A stretch of 36,385 nt of DNA, from positions 5,722 through 42,106 of the forward strand of contig NW_014040054.1 in NCBI RefSeq assembly GCF_001186125.1. Reading direction: 5' to 3'. The DNA comes from Sphaeroforma arctica JP610 (taxonomy: Eukaryota). Position 1 is the stretch's first letter. Each line of letters starts with the position of its first letter. This document shows, piece after piece, positions 23,701-36,010 of the stretch. The translations under genes were made by a program, and so were the position numbers. Under the pieces are notes generated by a model. That model worked only from the letters and a program-made list of their open reading frames with translations. It searched no databases and had not been told where the DNA came from.

Positions 23701-26700
23701 AGTGTGGATGTCTTACATCTGTACATGGGTAGTACATCAGAGTACGTATGTCTTACATCTGTACATGGGCAGTACATCAAAGTGTGTTTATGCGAACCGT
23801 ATACGTGCTAAGTGGCAGCGAGCACATCACTCCACGCTACGACACAACGTGTGACATTGTTTCTCACTTGATAGTGCGAGTGCCGACTGGTCGATAGTTA
23901 ATTGCCACGCAAGAGACTATTGATTATATATTTATTATTCGTCCAAGACAGTATGGCAATGCATACTCATTTGTAGAGCTCAGTGCAAGCTGACTCTACC
24001 ATTTCTTTTGCCTTCTCCATGAGATATGCATCTGATTCATCTATATCCCAGCCGGACCCCCGAACAGATATCCAGAATACCACGCACAAAAATACGTTCA
24101 ATTTAAACCCGAATCTCATACCCTATATAACCACTAAATGCAGCCTGTGGGTGATGGAGTTGTGACGGGCCGAGGCATGATCAACGGACGTCTGGTGTAT
24201 GTGTTCTCACAGGACTTCACAGTGTTCGGTGGTTCGCTCTCCGCGGCACACGCCAAGAAGATCTGCAAGGTTATGGATTTGGCTATCGAGATCGGCGCGC
24301 CTGTTATTGGTAGGTGTAGGCGTTCTGTGTGGGTCGTTTGTGAGTATGCCTGATCTATGCATATTTGGCTGTATCGTGTGGTAGTGGTGTGTGGTGGACT
24401 TGTGTAATCGGTAGGGTGCATTTACTGATTGAGTACTGGATGAGGTATGCTGATGCACAGTGAAGCAACGTCCAACGGGTATAGATGTATTTGGTTTTGG
24501 CTCACACACTCAATCAAGCGCATTAGTCTGAACTACAGTAGAGGAGGTAAAGTCCGCTACGTCTGTGCCTGAGATAATGTCGAGAAGACCAGACAAAGTA
24601 ATGATTTGTTGTTGTGAAATGAATGGACGTTACTGCTCGCCGTTAAACAATATAGACACGGCTGTAAAGTAAAAATCCAATTCATATATGTCAGAAACTT
24701 GCGCATCAGATTGTATCTGTTTACGGTACGTATCAATCCACCATATGTGCGAATCAAAGCAGTGCAGGCTGATAATAGACCGAGCACATCTCCGCCGCTC
24801 ACACATTCAGGTGCATATGCACAGGACTGTCCTCCGCCAACCACCTTACACTCCCCCACGACACTTGACAGGTCTCAACGATTCCGGAGGTGCGCGTATT
24901 CAAGAAGGTGTAGACTCGCTCGCGGGTTACGCAGACATCTTCCTGCGCAATACCTTGGCCAGTGGTGTGGTGCCGCAGATCAGCGCCATCATGGGACCCT
25001 GTGCGGGGGGTGCTGTGTATTCGCCCGCTATCACAGACTTCACGTTCATGGTCGAGAACACTTCGTATATGTTTGTCACCGGCCCTGATGTGGTCAAGCA
25101 GGTGTGTGTGTGTCGTTTGCCTAAGAATGAGTTGCTAAAACAGGGTCAGAGATGTACAGTGTCAATATTAGTCTGTGCTCTGGGGGTGTTGTGTGCTTGT
25201 CTGCTAGACCAGGATTCTTCGTTTTGTGGTGAGGACTTTTCGTATGTGTCTGATATGGCCAAGTAGGTATGCATGATTTGCATCAGATGGCAATAGTTGG
25301 ATCTGTCTTCATACTTCTTAGTTCAATAATTGCAACCGTCAACACATATAGAACCCGTCTCTGGTGTATCTTCTTTGTGAAAGGGTGCTATTATATGTCC
25401 TGCGTTTTGGGTGTCTGTGGTGGTTCAAATAGGGTCCGAGTCATGCTCGCATTTATCGTCCAAAGGAAGTGTCTCCGGGACTGCTCTGTGGTTTGAGTTG
25501 TCTACATATCCCTCATGGTACTGGGCACATCAGTCCGGTCAGTCTGAATGCGGAAGATCACAAGCGCACCACCGGCCAAGCCTACCACTGACAGTATGGC
25601 TATTCGGGAATTCCTTGTGATCGAGAACTAACCAGCATTATTACCCGTCTCTCCGCAGGTTACCAACGAAGATATCACACAACAGGAATTGGGAGGTGCC
25701 AAGGTGCACACGCGCAAGTCAGGAGTTGTGCACAACGCCTTCAGGAACGATATTGACGCGCTTCTAAAGGTAGGCAGGGCAGGCGTCGTTCGCGTTTACT
25801 CGCGTGTGTGTGCACTTTACCGTGCGGGTAGATGCTATTTGGATATCTGTACTGGAAAGATTACCTGGGAATAAGTTCTTTATTTAACAGCAAGAAGACT
25901 CATTCTACAACCAAACCGGCCCAGGATGTACGTTAGAGAATATAGTTAGTCACGATATCGCTGATGTATGGCGCTCAGATTGCTTTGTGACGAATCGACG
26001 TTATTGATGGGTTCCGACGTACGGCGGGTATGCTCAACTGTCACATGTGCAGTCTTGATTCAAAAAATGCATTCTGATCTTTATCGGTTGGTTACTGTTT
26101 CTAGATTCGCGAAATGGTGAGCTACCTACCTCTAAGCAACAAGGACAAGGCTCCCGTCATGCGCACTGATGATAGCCCCAACAGAATGGTGCCTGCGTTG
26201 AAGACTATTGTACCACAGAACCCGCAGCTCGCTTACGATATGAAGTCTGTGGTTAAGAAGGTGTGTGCGTAAGCTGATGCCATCTGATGAGCACGCCGGT
26301 CAGACCAAACACCTCCAGCCCTGATTTTACATCAATAACTCTGCAGTTAATTCGACTGCCCTGTATTCATGCAAACAAACTCGTTTTCACACTCACTCTC
26401 AGGTCATGGACGATGGTAAGTTCTTTGAGATCCAGGAAGACTTCGCAAAGAATATTGTGGTTGGTTTCTCCCGCTTGGAGGGTCGTACGGTTGGTGTGGT
26501 TGGTAACAACCCCGTATCCGCCTCTGGATGTTTGGACATTGATGCCAGTGTTAAGGGTAAGTTGCGTGCTTAAAGTCTTATCATACTACGATATAGTTTT
26601 GCATATGTATATCTATCTGCGCACTAGACCTTCCTGACTGTGTAAGCCTTCGTACATATATATATATATATCATATAGGCCATCTATATGCCATGCACAT

Positions 26701-27914
26701 ACCCTCCATAAACTCTTCTCCATTCGTCCCACACATATCAGCCGCCCGTTTCGTACGCTTCTGTGACTCGTTCAACATCCCTTTGGTGACCTTTGTCGAC
26801 GTGCCCGGCTTCTTGCCCGGTACAAAGCAAGAGTACGGTGGTATCATCCGTCATGGTGCCAAGCTGTTGTACGCATACGCTGAAGCTACTGTCCCCAAGC
26901 TCACGGTCATCACGCGCAAGGCTTATGGAGGCGCTTACGATGTCATGAGGTATGTCTGTGTGTGGTTGGGTGTTTGTGTCTGGCTTACGTGAATGTTTTT
27001 GTTTTGTTGTATACAAAGTCGACGTCCGTATGGTCACTTTTCAGGCAATGTAGCGTTTTAGGGCTATATTGTCATATCTATCGGATGGTGACGGTTAGTT
27101 CCAGTCTGTGTGTTTCTCGCATAGTTATGTGGCCGAGAGCGCAGCATCCTCTTTAACTTTGCCTTGTATTCAATACGTGTGACGAAAATACCAACTGCGT
27201 GTGGCCTCTTGTCTCACATTCTAAATCGAATTCAACTATAGCTCTAAGCACTTGCGTGGAGACATCAACTACGCTTGGCCCAATGCCGAGATTGCAGTCA
27301 TGGGAGCTAAGGGAGCCGTGGCTATTGTCAACAGGTAGGTGTAGTAGAAGCAAATCTATGTTTTTTTGCACTGCATGTCATGTCAATTGACAGATGCTTC
27401 ATCAGGGAATGGTCTGCACTGCACGATTACCGAGCTTGTTGTAAATACACGGAATGTGCATGTTGGGTCAGTGTGAACAGTTTGTACATCCTCTATAAAT
27501 CTGCCACCGTGCCAGAATGTGTATAAGATAAGCCGGTGTGTTGTGATTTTTTTGTGATACCTAGTTGGCTTTTGACAAATCCACCTCGTGTCTCCAATAT
27601 TCTATCAAACTCCCCGTATGTGTTGTATGTTTCTCTCATACACTATGAATCTCTTTTGAATTAAGAGTTTTAGTTGTTTGCTATGGCTCATTGTCACCAA
27701 TTTGTTGTCGACCAACAGAGGTGAGGATCTTGTGGAAGCACAGAAGCACTACGAGGCTAAATTCAGCAACCCGTTCACGGCTGCGTCTAAGGGCTTCATC
27801 GATGATGTCATCGACCCTGCCACCACACGCATGCGCCTGTGTGCAGACTTAAATGTACTGGCCAATAAGAAGCAATCCAGCCCCTGGAAGAAGCACGGAA
27901 ACATCCCACTCTAA
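20736..27914 (+). CDS. PCCB: Propionyl-CoA carboxylase beta chain (carboxyltransferase), mitochondrial; 11 exons
   Basis: Phase-consistent GT-AG exons: 20736-20783 ([16 protein letters not shown], presequence-like and the least certain exon), 22042-22221, 22934-23047 (GKLTARERL), 24144-24309 ([17 protein letters not shown]), 24872-25101 ([22 protein letters not shown]), 25659-25769, 26105-26260, 26403-26556, 26742-26949 ([19 protein letters not shown]), 27242-27334 ([11 protein letters not shown]) and 27719-27914. The C-terminus WKKHGNIPL* is diagnostic of PCCB rather than MCCB. Confidence 0.96.
23212..23786. repeat. 40-bp minisatellite, about 14.4 copies, in PCCB intron 3
   Basis: The unit gtacatcaaagtgtggatgtcttacatctgtacatgggta repeats head-to-tail with few substitutions. 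Confidence 0.97.
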
Positions 27915-29659
27915 ATAAAGAACTGCTCTAGAAAGTAAACGTCATGTATTCTGGACATCGGACAATAAAATTATATATGTGTAGAAATAGCCTCAAATAC
28001 TCTAATCGCGGGTGTGGTCTTATGTTTTAACATTTGCATGCGCGTCAATAAATCTATATATTTTTATAATATCAATGGGTGGAAGTGAACCGCATCGCCA
28101 GAAATTACTAACGTGCAGAACAAAGTGAGTGTATTTTCGGATGTATGTAGTAGAAAGTACCAATAGGTGCACCCAATTGTTGGATAGTCAATTCACTATT
28201 GGTAAACTTGGTTGTGTTTGTGATATTGTGCATGTCTGTCCGTGGCATTTGGCTGGCAGTGGTATAGATTTATTTCGTGCTTGAATGAATTGGCCGATAT
28301 GTGGAACTAGACCCTCTCGGAGCAGATATACCGGATGTTTATCTTCAGGAAGCATCCCGTGAACTAATTATGTACTGCTTTCGACCCCCATCCTTCAAAG
28401 CCACCTTGAATTCTCTTGACGTGGACCAGAGATATTCTTCAGAACTATACGAATACGTTGTTATGAGTCATTTGCAGAAATCTGTGACGTGCCGTGGTGT
28501 CACTAAGAGTGTAACAACTATAAGTCGGTTTATCTGTAGAGACGAGACCGCGAATACTAAAAAATAAAGGGTTTTTCTATTGGCAAAGAGCGAGGCTTTA
28601 GCTCGTATTTCCCCTGTCCTAATTTAAACCCTTAAAACTTGAACCATTTCCAACAGGCCTATATATACATTCTTTAACCTTCAAGCTGTTTGAAAAAATA
28701 GAAGCATTTCTAGAAGGAAAACAAAAACCGATAAATTTAGGGGGAAACCCCTTCATACTAATGTTCCTTCACCCGGTATCAAGTTGATAGCGCATGCCAT
28801 CTGGTAACGACGGGGAACTATAAATTGGTACGGTTGACGTACTACGTAGTACTTGTAGTAGATTTGAAGAACGTTTTTGAATACAATTGGAGCATGATGA
28901 TGCCTACAAGTAGATAGTGAAAGTTAAAACTGTCGATCGCTTATATGCTGGAATGATAGACATACCTCAACCCGGGCTCTATTTTATTACACCCTAAAAG
29001 CATGCACAATAATATCAATATCACTTGGATTTAATATCGCACTTGTTATATCATGATAAGGCCTGTGGAACATATTTTATTTTGTGAAGTTTGCTTGTGT
29101 CGGGTTCACTTCAACACGATTTGCCAATAGAAAATTACTATATTTATAAGTGGTATGCACGTTCTTAATTTTGATAAATTCAGTGCGAATTGTCAATAAA
29201 TTTTGGTGTGCCGATGCGCATATTTATTTCACACTCATTAAAAAAACTTATAATCTATATTCGATTATATCTTTAAGTGTATTGACGGTTTTTGTACAAA
29301 GCCGCTGAATGCTGCCTGAGATCTGACAGAGTGAACTAGAATACTTTTCTTTACCGACAAAACATGTATTCCCTTTGTGGACCATAGCCGTAGAGTTTTA
29401 CGCGGAGAACAACGCGTATGACGAATTCTATTGAGGTCACCAATTCGAAGCCGTTTATCCTGTGGCTCAAAATCAGGTATAGAACAAACTACAAGACTAA
29501 CGATACATTCATATCTCTATTTGTTTGTATCTTAGAGAATAGTTAAGTTGGCTTTCAGATGACCATTAAATTACTTTACACATCTATAAATATCTGGATT
29601 GATCTATTGGAAACTGTCAAATGATAGATTGTAAACTTTTAGCCCGTATGTGAAGTCAA

Positions 29660-29900
29660 CGAACAATATGACATTACTTTGGAGTAAAACTATCAATATG
29701 TGAAAATATTGACTTGTTGACAACTGTACATCATGCATTGACGGTACAACGAAAAAATTGTGCCTCAAGCCGCGTGTGAAACAACAGTTTATTATTTCTG
29801 CTGTGAACAAATTTGAGTTCGATACATAAAATGGGCCATATGAATTTAATATGGAAAGGTCAAAAAACGAATGTCCGAATTCTACAGCAGGAGCTCGATT
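29660..29900 (+). mobile_element. Possible MULE transposase relic
   Basis: SCIDGTTKKLCLKPRVKQQFIISAV..PYEFNMERSKNEC resembles MULE xDGTFK..P..F.QLY.I....P..Y.LM..K.E. Stops are present and the match is weak. Confidence 0.3.
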
Positions 29901-30074
29901 TCAAGGCTATTTAGATTATATGTTGCGGCATGCAATTGTAATTCAATACTCGTGTGAAAACATATTTTTAATCTGGGAACAGTAAGAACCTCAATTTAGC
30001 ATTATGAGAGCAATTGACGGATGTGCAAAAAAAACCCCCCATTTCATGATCCTACACAACAACAGCCGAAGTAC

Positions 30075-30500
30075 ATCATCAGACCCATTATCACCGGCAG
30101 TCAACTGTTGAGCCTTTTCCTTACGTTGATACTTTGGATTTTGACATGTACCAATTCTTTCTTAGTCGGGCCTCCAACATCATCACTCTGTTTTTCTTTA
30201 GTATCAGACCCCCTATCAACGGCAGGCAACGCCAAAGCCTTCTTAGTATTGTCCGCGATTTTTCACTCCCTGTTGGCTAATTCTTATTACTCCTTATCCA
30301 TGTGCCTTTTTTCATCCATCTTCTTCCTTTGGATGAGCTTCTCCTTCTCCTGTGACATCATCTCTCACTTTGAACTCTGATCCCCTCTTCCCTCCTCCAG
30401 CGGCTTTCTCGGCGACAGGCGTTTCCTCATGCTTATCCTCCACAATCTTATCCTCTAATGCTAATCTGTGCTCCTATCTTCCTGTTACTGACTTCCATAA
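30075..30500 (-). pseudogene. Decayed K/E-rich (coiled-coil-like) coding fragment of unknown origin
   Basis: The minus strand is purine-rich and reads EDKIVEDKHEETPVAEKAA..EKEKLIQRKKMDEKRHMDKE** with several in-frame stops. Confidence 0.4.
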
Positions 30501-31174
30501 TCTTCACCTATAGTTCGGCGTCAATCGGCAGCCTGAATATACGTATACATAGATTAAGGGGTTGAGTTATATATCTGTATGGAAAATTCGTATAAGTATA
30601 AGGTGGAATAAAGAACGGACGAGAAAAAGAACAGTTATGCTGCTTACTTGACTAGATATCATCCCTATTACGTTCTGTTGCGTTACACGGCACAACGAAT
30701 ATCATATACTCACCACCGGCATTTTGATATTCTATGTGGTTTGTGGTCAATGATCGCCGTTTCGTACTCGATGCTATTAGAAGTCGACATATTGTAAACG
30801 AGTGGGAGCCCTAAATACATGTTTCTCAAGTAGACTCGGCTATTGTTATTGTGTTTGTGTAAATATAGGACCTCTTCATCCTATGTAGACAATAATTTAC
30901 CCAAATTGAAATAAATAATGTTATCTTTATCATAAGTTTTAACAGCTTGAGGCCATCGATAGTCATGTCTGACAAGTTCACAGCAGCTCTTCAAATCGGA
31001 ATCCAGACTAATATCAAAATGTTTGTCTACAACATGTACCAAGATGTATTTTCTAGACGCGGCAGCATTGATTTCGATGAGATGATAGCAGATACAGACA
31101 TATTTTGAGACATTTTAAGCAAGAATGCCCTACTTAAAGAGACTATAGCAGCTATCGGTACTGATACGACATAA

Positions 31175-32005
31175 GTCCTAGGCTACATGGCCTCTGAAAA
31201 AGGCGTGTCGGTTGACAATAAATGAACGGTACAAATAAATTATGGATTGGCCTGAATCAGTGGATACCTGCTATACAATTACGACAACTCCTTGGTTTGT
31301 GGAATTGCGTTCGCAAATATATACCTTGCTACACTCGAGCTTCTGCACCGCTCTATACAGTCACTGGTAGTAAACGTGGATTTCACCAAACGACAAAAGC
31401 TGTCAAAATAGCGTGAACATCACAAAAGCGTACAGCAGTGAAATAACTCAAACTCAGCGTAGTAACTACAAAGTTAGGTTATCCAAATTGCTTTACCTAC
31501 GCTCAACCATTTCGTTTAAAAGCGTATGCATGTCGAGTGAGTAGAGGATGCGTACATACACAATTGCAATCTCATAGCGATTCGCTTCGTGAACGTACCA
31601 TATAGCAATAAGTTTATAGCCCATGAGATACCATTTGCAAATAAGTGAGAACGAAGCTCGTACTATTCTATGGACATATACTGAAGCTTGTATCATTTTA
31701 TACAAGTACGCGAGTTCTATGGACAGATCACCATAGCAATAAACAGGTCAAAAATGGCAAATGAGAGACTACTACCATGGTTACTAGATTTGAGAGACCA
31801 CAGGAGTAGATGTATTTGTAAATACGTTAACAACTCACCAATTTTTTATGTATAGGTGAGTCAGCCCGAGAGCACGTAATAGAAATTTGAGAATTCTTCT
31901 CAGATTATACCATAGCCTCCTAATTGAACAGGAGGCTATGATTATACTTATTTTTATATTATTCCCTGGGAGTAACAGAGAAATGGATATACTTAGTTCT
32001 AGAAA
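31175..32005 (+). mobile_element. Ty3/gypsy-like pol relic: RT thumb/connection + RNase H
   Basis: Collinear motifs across frameshifts: VLGYMASEKGVSVD, DWPES, QLRQLLGLWNCVRKYIPCYTRASAPLY, ISENEARTILW, LWTDH, RLLPWLLDL, FPGSNREMDILS. Confidence 0.7.
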
Positions 32006-33519
32006 TACATCAGAGTACTAAAGTGTTCTGCATTAGGTTTCTCATATTGATCATATGAGTTTTTACTTTGGCCAACCCAAGTGGTTGAACACTAGTACAA
32101 CACCATTAGTATATATCTGAGGGTGAGATCATGAATTAATTCATTCGAACGCACCATTCTTGAGATACATTTGCACTCTAACAGCTATCGTACAGCTAGG
32201 ACGGTCAAACAAACTCACCCATTCACTGAGTTGCCTACAACTACAATACGTAGATTTTTCAATGCAGTTAAAAGACGGAATTCCAATCGAACAGGACTTC
32301 CTTAATTGTTTACAGGAGGAGTTCATGGGCCAGACCTCGAGCTATGCTTGAATAGTAGCTTGTTAACGTTTTTATCACCTTGTGTACATGTCTTAAATTA
32401 TCGTTGGTTAAATGTGAAGATTGATGTCGTTGATCACTATTCAGTTTATTGGACATTCAGTAACAGGCTACGGTATCGGTATGAAACAAAGACATATGTA
32501 TATATTCTGAGCCGCTCTACACTACGGATCGGACGTGTCTATTCTTATTCTCGAAGATGTTCTAAATAGATACTCCACCGAGCTAAACCACACGGCATAA
32601 GTACCTTAAAGGTATTAGTATCTTGCCCTTGTTTCCCATCCATGTCACCCAAATTATTTTGTACTTAAATATTTATTTCATTCAAGCATATTCTGTGAGT
32701 GTAGTTCGGGACATGGTATTTAGGTTAGAAGCAAATATAGCGTTGTTGACCTGAATTAAAGCCACTACTGTGTTGCAGAGATTTTAGTTGGACTAGCTTT
32801 ATCATCAGCTAGGTTAACTAGTTGCATGAAGTATAAAATCCAATAAACTCGCTTACTGAAAACTGTATCCTAGACCCGCGAATACTTAACTGGCGACGTA
32901 CCAATAAGCCTTATTGACTGTCATACTACCTGATATTGTTAACGACGTATTCTGATGGTTTAGCTCAAATCTTTTGTTTAAAATATTACCTTGTTATATT
33001 TAAATTGATGCAGTGTATCTGTGTTTGATTTCAGAGCTATAGTTTGATACCACCAGTACCTTTTAAAAATTCGGTGTCTCTCCGGATTTGTCTTTCTTCA
33101 ATTTAAATTGTACCAGATATGTATATTGATGTTTAACCTCTATTGTAATCCGGACACCATCCGAATTATGAAATGAAATGATTCTATTGGTTTAATTTTG
33201 GCTTTACAAATTTAAATCTGGCTTGAATCCATTGCTATTTATGTTTTGGATTTAGGGAGTTAAAAATTAGGAGAAACATGGGACCTTTGATCCATTTTCA
33301 TGTTAGGTATTCTAGAACAATTTTGCAAAATGTGCCGATCAGCCACGCGAGTTGAAGTCTGGTTTTAAGTTGTTACACACGGGTTCTTCACGCATAATGC
33401 CTCATGCTAAACAGTGGCTACAATATGAACTATGGGGTCCCCATAATCTTGTAGCTCAATCGACCGACCATGTTACAGAAGCAATTCATGGATACAAGAT
33501 TCTGACTGGAACTAGTGCA

Positions 33520-34250
33520 AAACTGCATGAGCATTGCCATGCGCATCTGGGTAACCAAGGCGTGAAGATTGAAGATCAAATGTGGCATACACATTGCCAT
33601 GCGCATCGGGGTAGCGTCAAGATTTAGGAACGTATTTTAAATAAGGATCGCAGAGATGATCCGATAAAGCTGTGTTCAATAATGATGCATCGCATGATGC
33701 AAACTGATGCAGCAGTTATCGGAGTTTTCTCTACCAGGAAACGTGAGAGCACCCTGTTAAATCATCATTCGTGAATCGAATATTAGAAGATAGAACACTG
33801 CTTTCAAATTAAGAAATGAGAAGAAAATAAATAGCTTTATTCTGTGCTCTTCATTCTGTGTTCGTGTTTCCTTGATCATCAAATTGATCGATGTTTCCTT
33901 TGAAAGATGGTGTATGCAACAGCTGCTAGCCTCGAATGAGAGCTCTACATAGACGCATTTTGCACCGAACACATCTTTTCGTTAACTCCCGACTACATCC
34001 TACAACCGAACAAATTTAATAATCACTTCTCGGACGCTCACCAGTCTTAGGTGATCCTCAAACACTTTCATCAGATAACCCCCAAATGTGCCAGCTGTGA
34101 CCGCCGATATCAAAGCGGAGCCTATTCGGTTATTCCTTTTTAAGAAACCGAACTGCATTCAATCTTCCTAGAGCACTCACAAGCGCTTGCACTTGAACAA
34201 ATGTTAAGGCAGAGAGCGGAGATGGTCTAATCATACTATTGAAGATTTAG
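33520..34250 (+). mobile_element. Ty3/gypsy-like integrase relic
   Basis: Collinear degenerate motifs: HCHAHLGNQGVK (HHCC-like), SFERWCM, IDAF, LGDPQTLSSDNPQ (second D) and TNVKAES (cf. TNGKAER). Same strand as, and downstream of, the RT/RNase H relic. Confidence 0.5.
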
Positions 34251-34314
34251 TACCCTATCCATATGAGAAATCTGTACTCTCATGAATGCTACTAGCACTG
34301 TTATTATGTGTTGT

Positions 34315-35810
34315 TTACAATTGTACAGCCACACCCATCAAACTTTTTACAACTTCAATAATGAATTCGTTGAAAGGTAGGTTTTTAGTACGGTACCTCT
34401 GAAATTTTTGTAGTGACCTGGAAGGTGTGTCCTTAAAATATCGTTGAATTCTGGTGGCCTGATATGAGTTCGTTAGTATCTGATCAAATGATCTGGTCAC
34501 TGGTTTTTGGGTAAAATGCCACCGCGCTGTGGCTGGTGCACATGTATTCAGTCATCTGCATTGCCATGTTCACATCAGACTTTAACTTACTATACAGTTT
34601 TGCGCAACCACTACCATAATACTACACGGTAGCAACGGTATATTTGTTTCAATATACTTGTTACCGATAGCTTTCCACATTGGAATATGAGAGTCTACTG
34701 ATCGCTTATCATATTCTAAGTAAGTTGCAGGGTATAACTCACCCCCGTATGCCCAAGATATATAGTGATTATAACGTCTATGTGCTCGGTAATACACAAC
34801 ACATCACGCACTGCCTAAGATACATTAACGAGAACCATGTATGTTATTTTGTTCGTTGTGCATACCACAAACAAAAGAGTAGTAGTGGTTCTTGTATAAC
34901 TTGTCCTCGGTATTGTCGTCGAACCCCATCAACTTTGCAATTGAAATGTCGGCTCGCAGTAACTGTTTTGACTTCCACTGTACATAAATTCTGAACCGTG
35001 CGCGTCCTTGGTGGATATACACGGGCGAAACCTTTTAAACAAATATGTAGTAAGAATATAGGTGTTAGTAAATATGATACACGGATTGTACAATTGAGAT
35101 TACAAACACATAATATAAATTTACCTGCTGACATAGCTATCGGCGGGCATTCTTTTACACTCAGCAATCCCACGTCATACAATTCAATTACATATGCTTC
35201 ATTCGAGAGAAGAGTCATCATAAAGGATTCATCACTTCCGATTTTTAGGGGTTCTTTAGGGTTTTGGGTTTAGAGCTTCCGTTGACTAGTAGCGCGCAAA
35301 TCACCCTTCTACAAGTTTGTTAGTAACCGCTTACAACTCGAGAGAAGTGTCAGGTTCCTGAATGGATAATAAAAGTCAAAGTTGCATTTGACTATCGTCG
35401 CTTGTACCAAGAATGTAAATGTCAAGTGAGAGGAAAATCACAATTGGATTATCTCTGGATCAATATAAAATATATCCGGGACATATGCATCATGAATTTT
35501 CATTTTCACCTTTTGATTCATCGCGGTCATCTTCGTTAAGCGCTCCTTCGTTAGTCTCTTCGACTGTGCTCAAGTCTAATTCTACGTCTAGGTCTAAGTA
35601 TAGGTTCATTTTGGTACTAGTATCAACATCTGGTTCGCAGTCAACGGTTCGATCGTTGCTGTTACCGTTCTTGGCGCATTTAACAGTGGAAGAAATTGGA
35701 TTGTAATTATGATTTGAGAAGATGAACTGGCAGCTTCACTCTCACCAGCAGCAGTCGATTTCAGAAGATACGGGCGGCATTGTGGTATGTCTCGTATTGT
35801 TACCATATGG
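34315..35810 (-). mobile_element. piggyBac-like transposase relic
   Basis: Acidic N-terminal stretch (DLDVELDLSTVEETNEGALNEDDRDE), a frameshifted FRIY/CTVEVKT/SYC segment (cf. GFKIYxLCESxTGY), and a C-terminal KSDVNMAMQM..FDQILTNSY..FNEFIIEVVKSLM (cf. GGVDxxDQ..D.AxxNAY..EFxxEVAxxL). No TTAA-flanked terminal inverted repeats were identified. Confidence 0.45.
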
Positions 35811-35898
35811 TCGGCAGTGCAAGTGTTTTTGAAATACCTCCGTTTAAATCATTCGTTTGATCGTTGTATCCAGCCGGGCCTTCACATTAGACTCTATG

Positions 35899-36010
35899 TT
35901 ATAAACGTACTCTTAAGCAGTACGTAAATTATAAACGTATTCTTAATAGTACGAGGAACTTAAGTTTCCTAAATGTACTCTTAATAGCACGAGGAACTTA
36001 AGTTTCCTAA
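35899..36010. repeat. Imperfect direct repeats containing a near-palindrome
   Basis: A (aa)(c/t)gta(c/t)tcttaa..ag(t/c)acg motif occurs three times and aggaacttaagtttcct twice. Confidence 0.7.

Noticed and set aside
23212..23786. CRISPR-like array
   Set aside because: The units are head-to-tail and near-identical with no unique spacers, lie in a eukaryotic intron, and have no cas genes nearby.
4938..27914. 3-methylcrotonyl-CoA carboxylase (MCCA/MCCB) or acetyl-CoA carboxylase
   Set aside because: The beta C-terminus KKHGNIPL, the motif [10 protein letters not shown], and the alpha motifs [12 protein letters not shown] and YPDGF are PCC-type.
28301..28567. 88-aa ORF after PCCB
   Set aside because: GTG start, no recognisable motif, and no splice-supported context.
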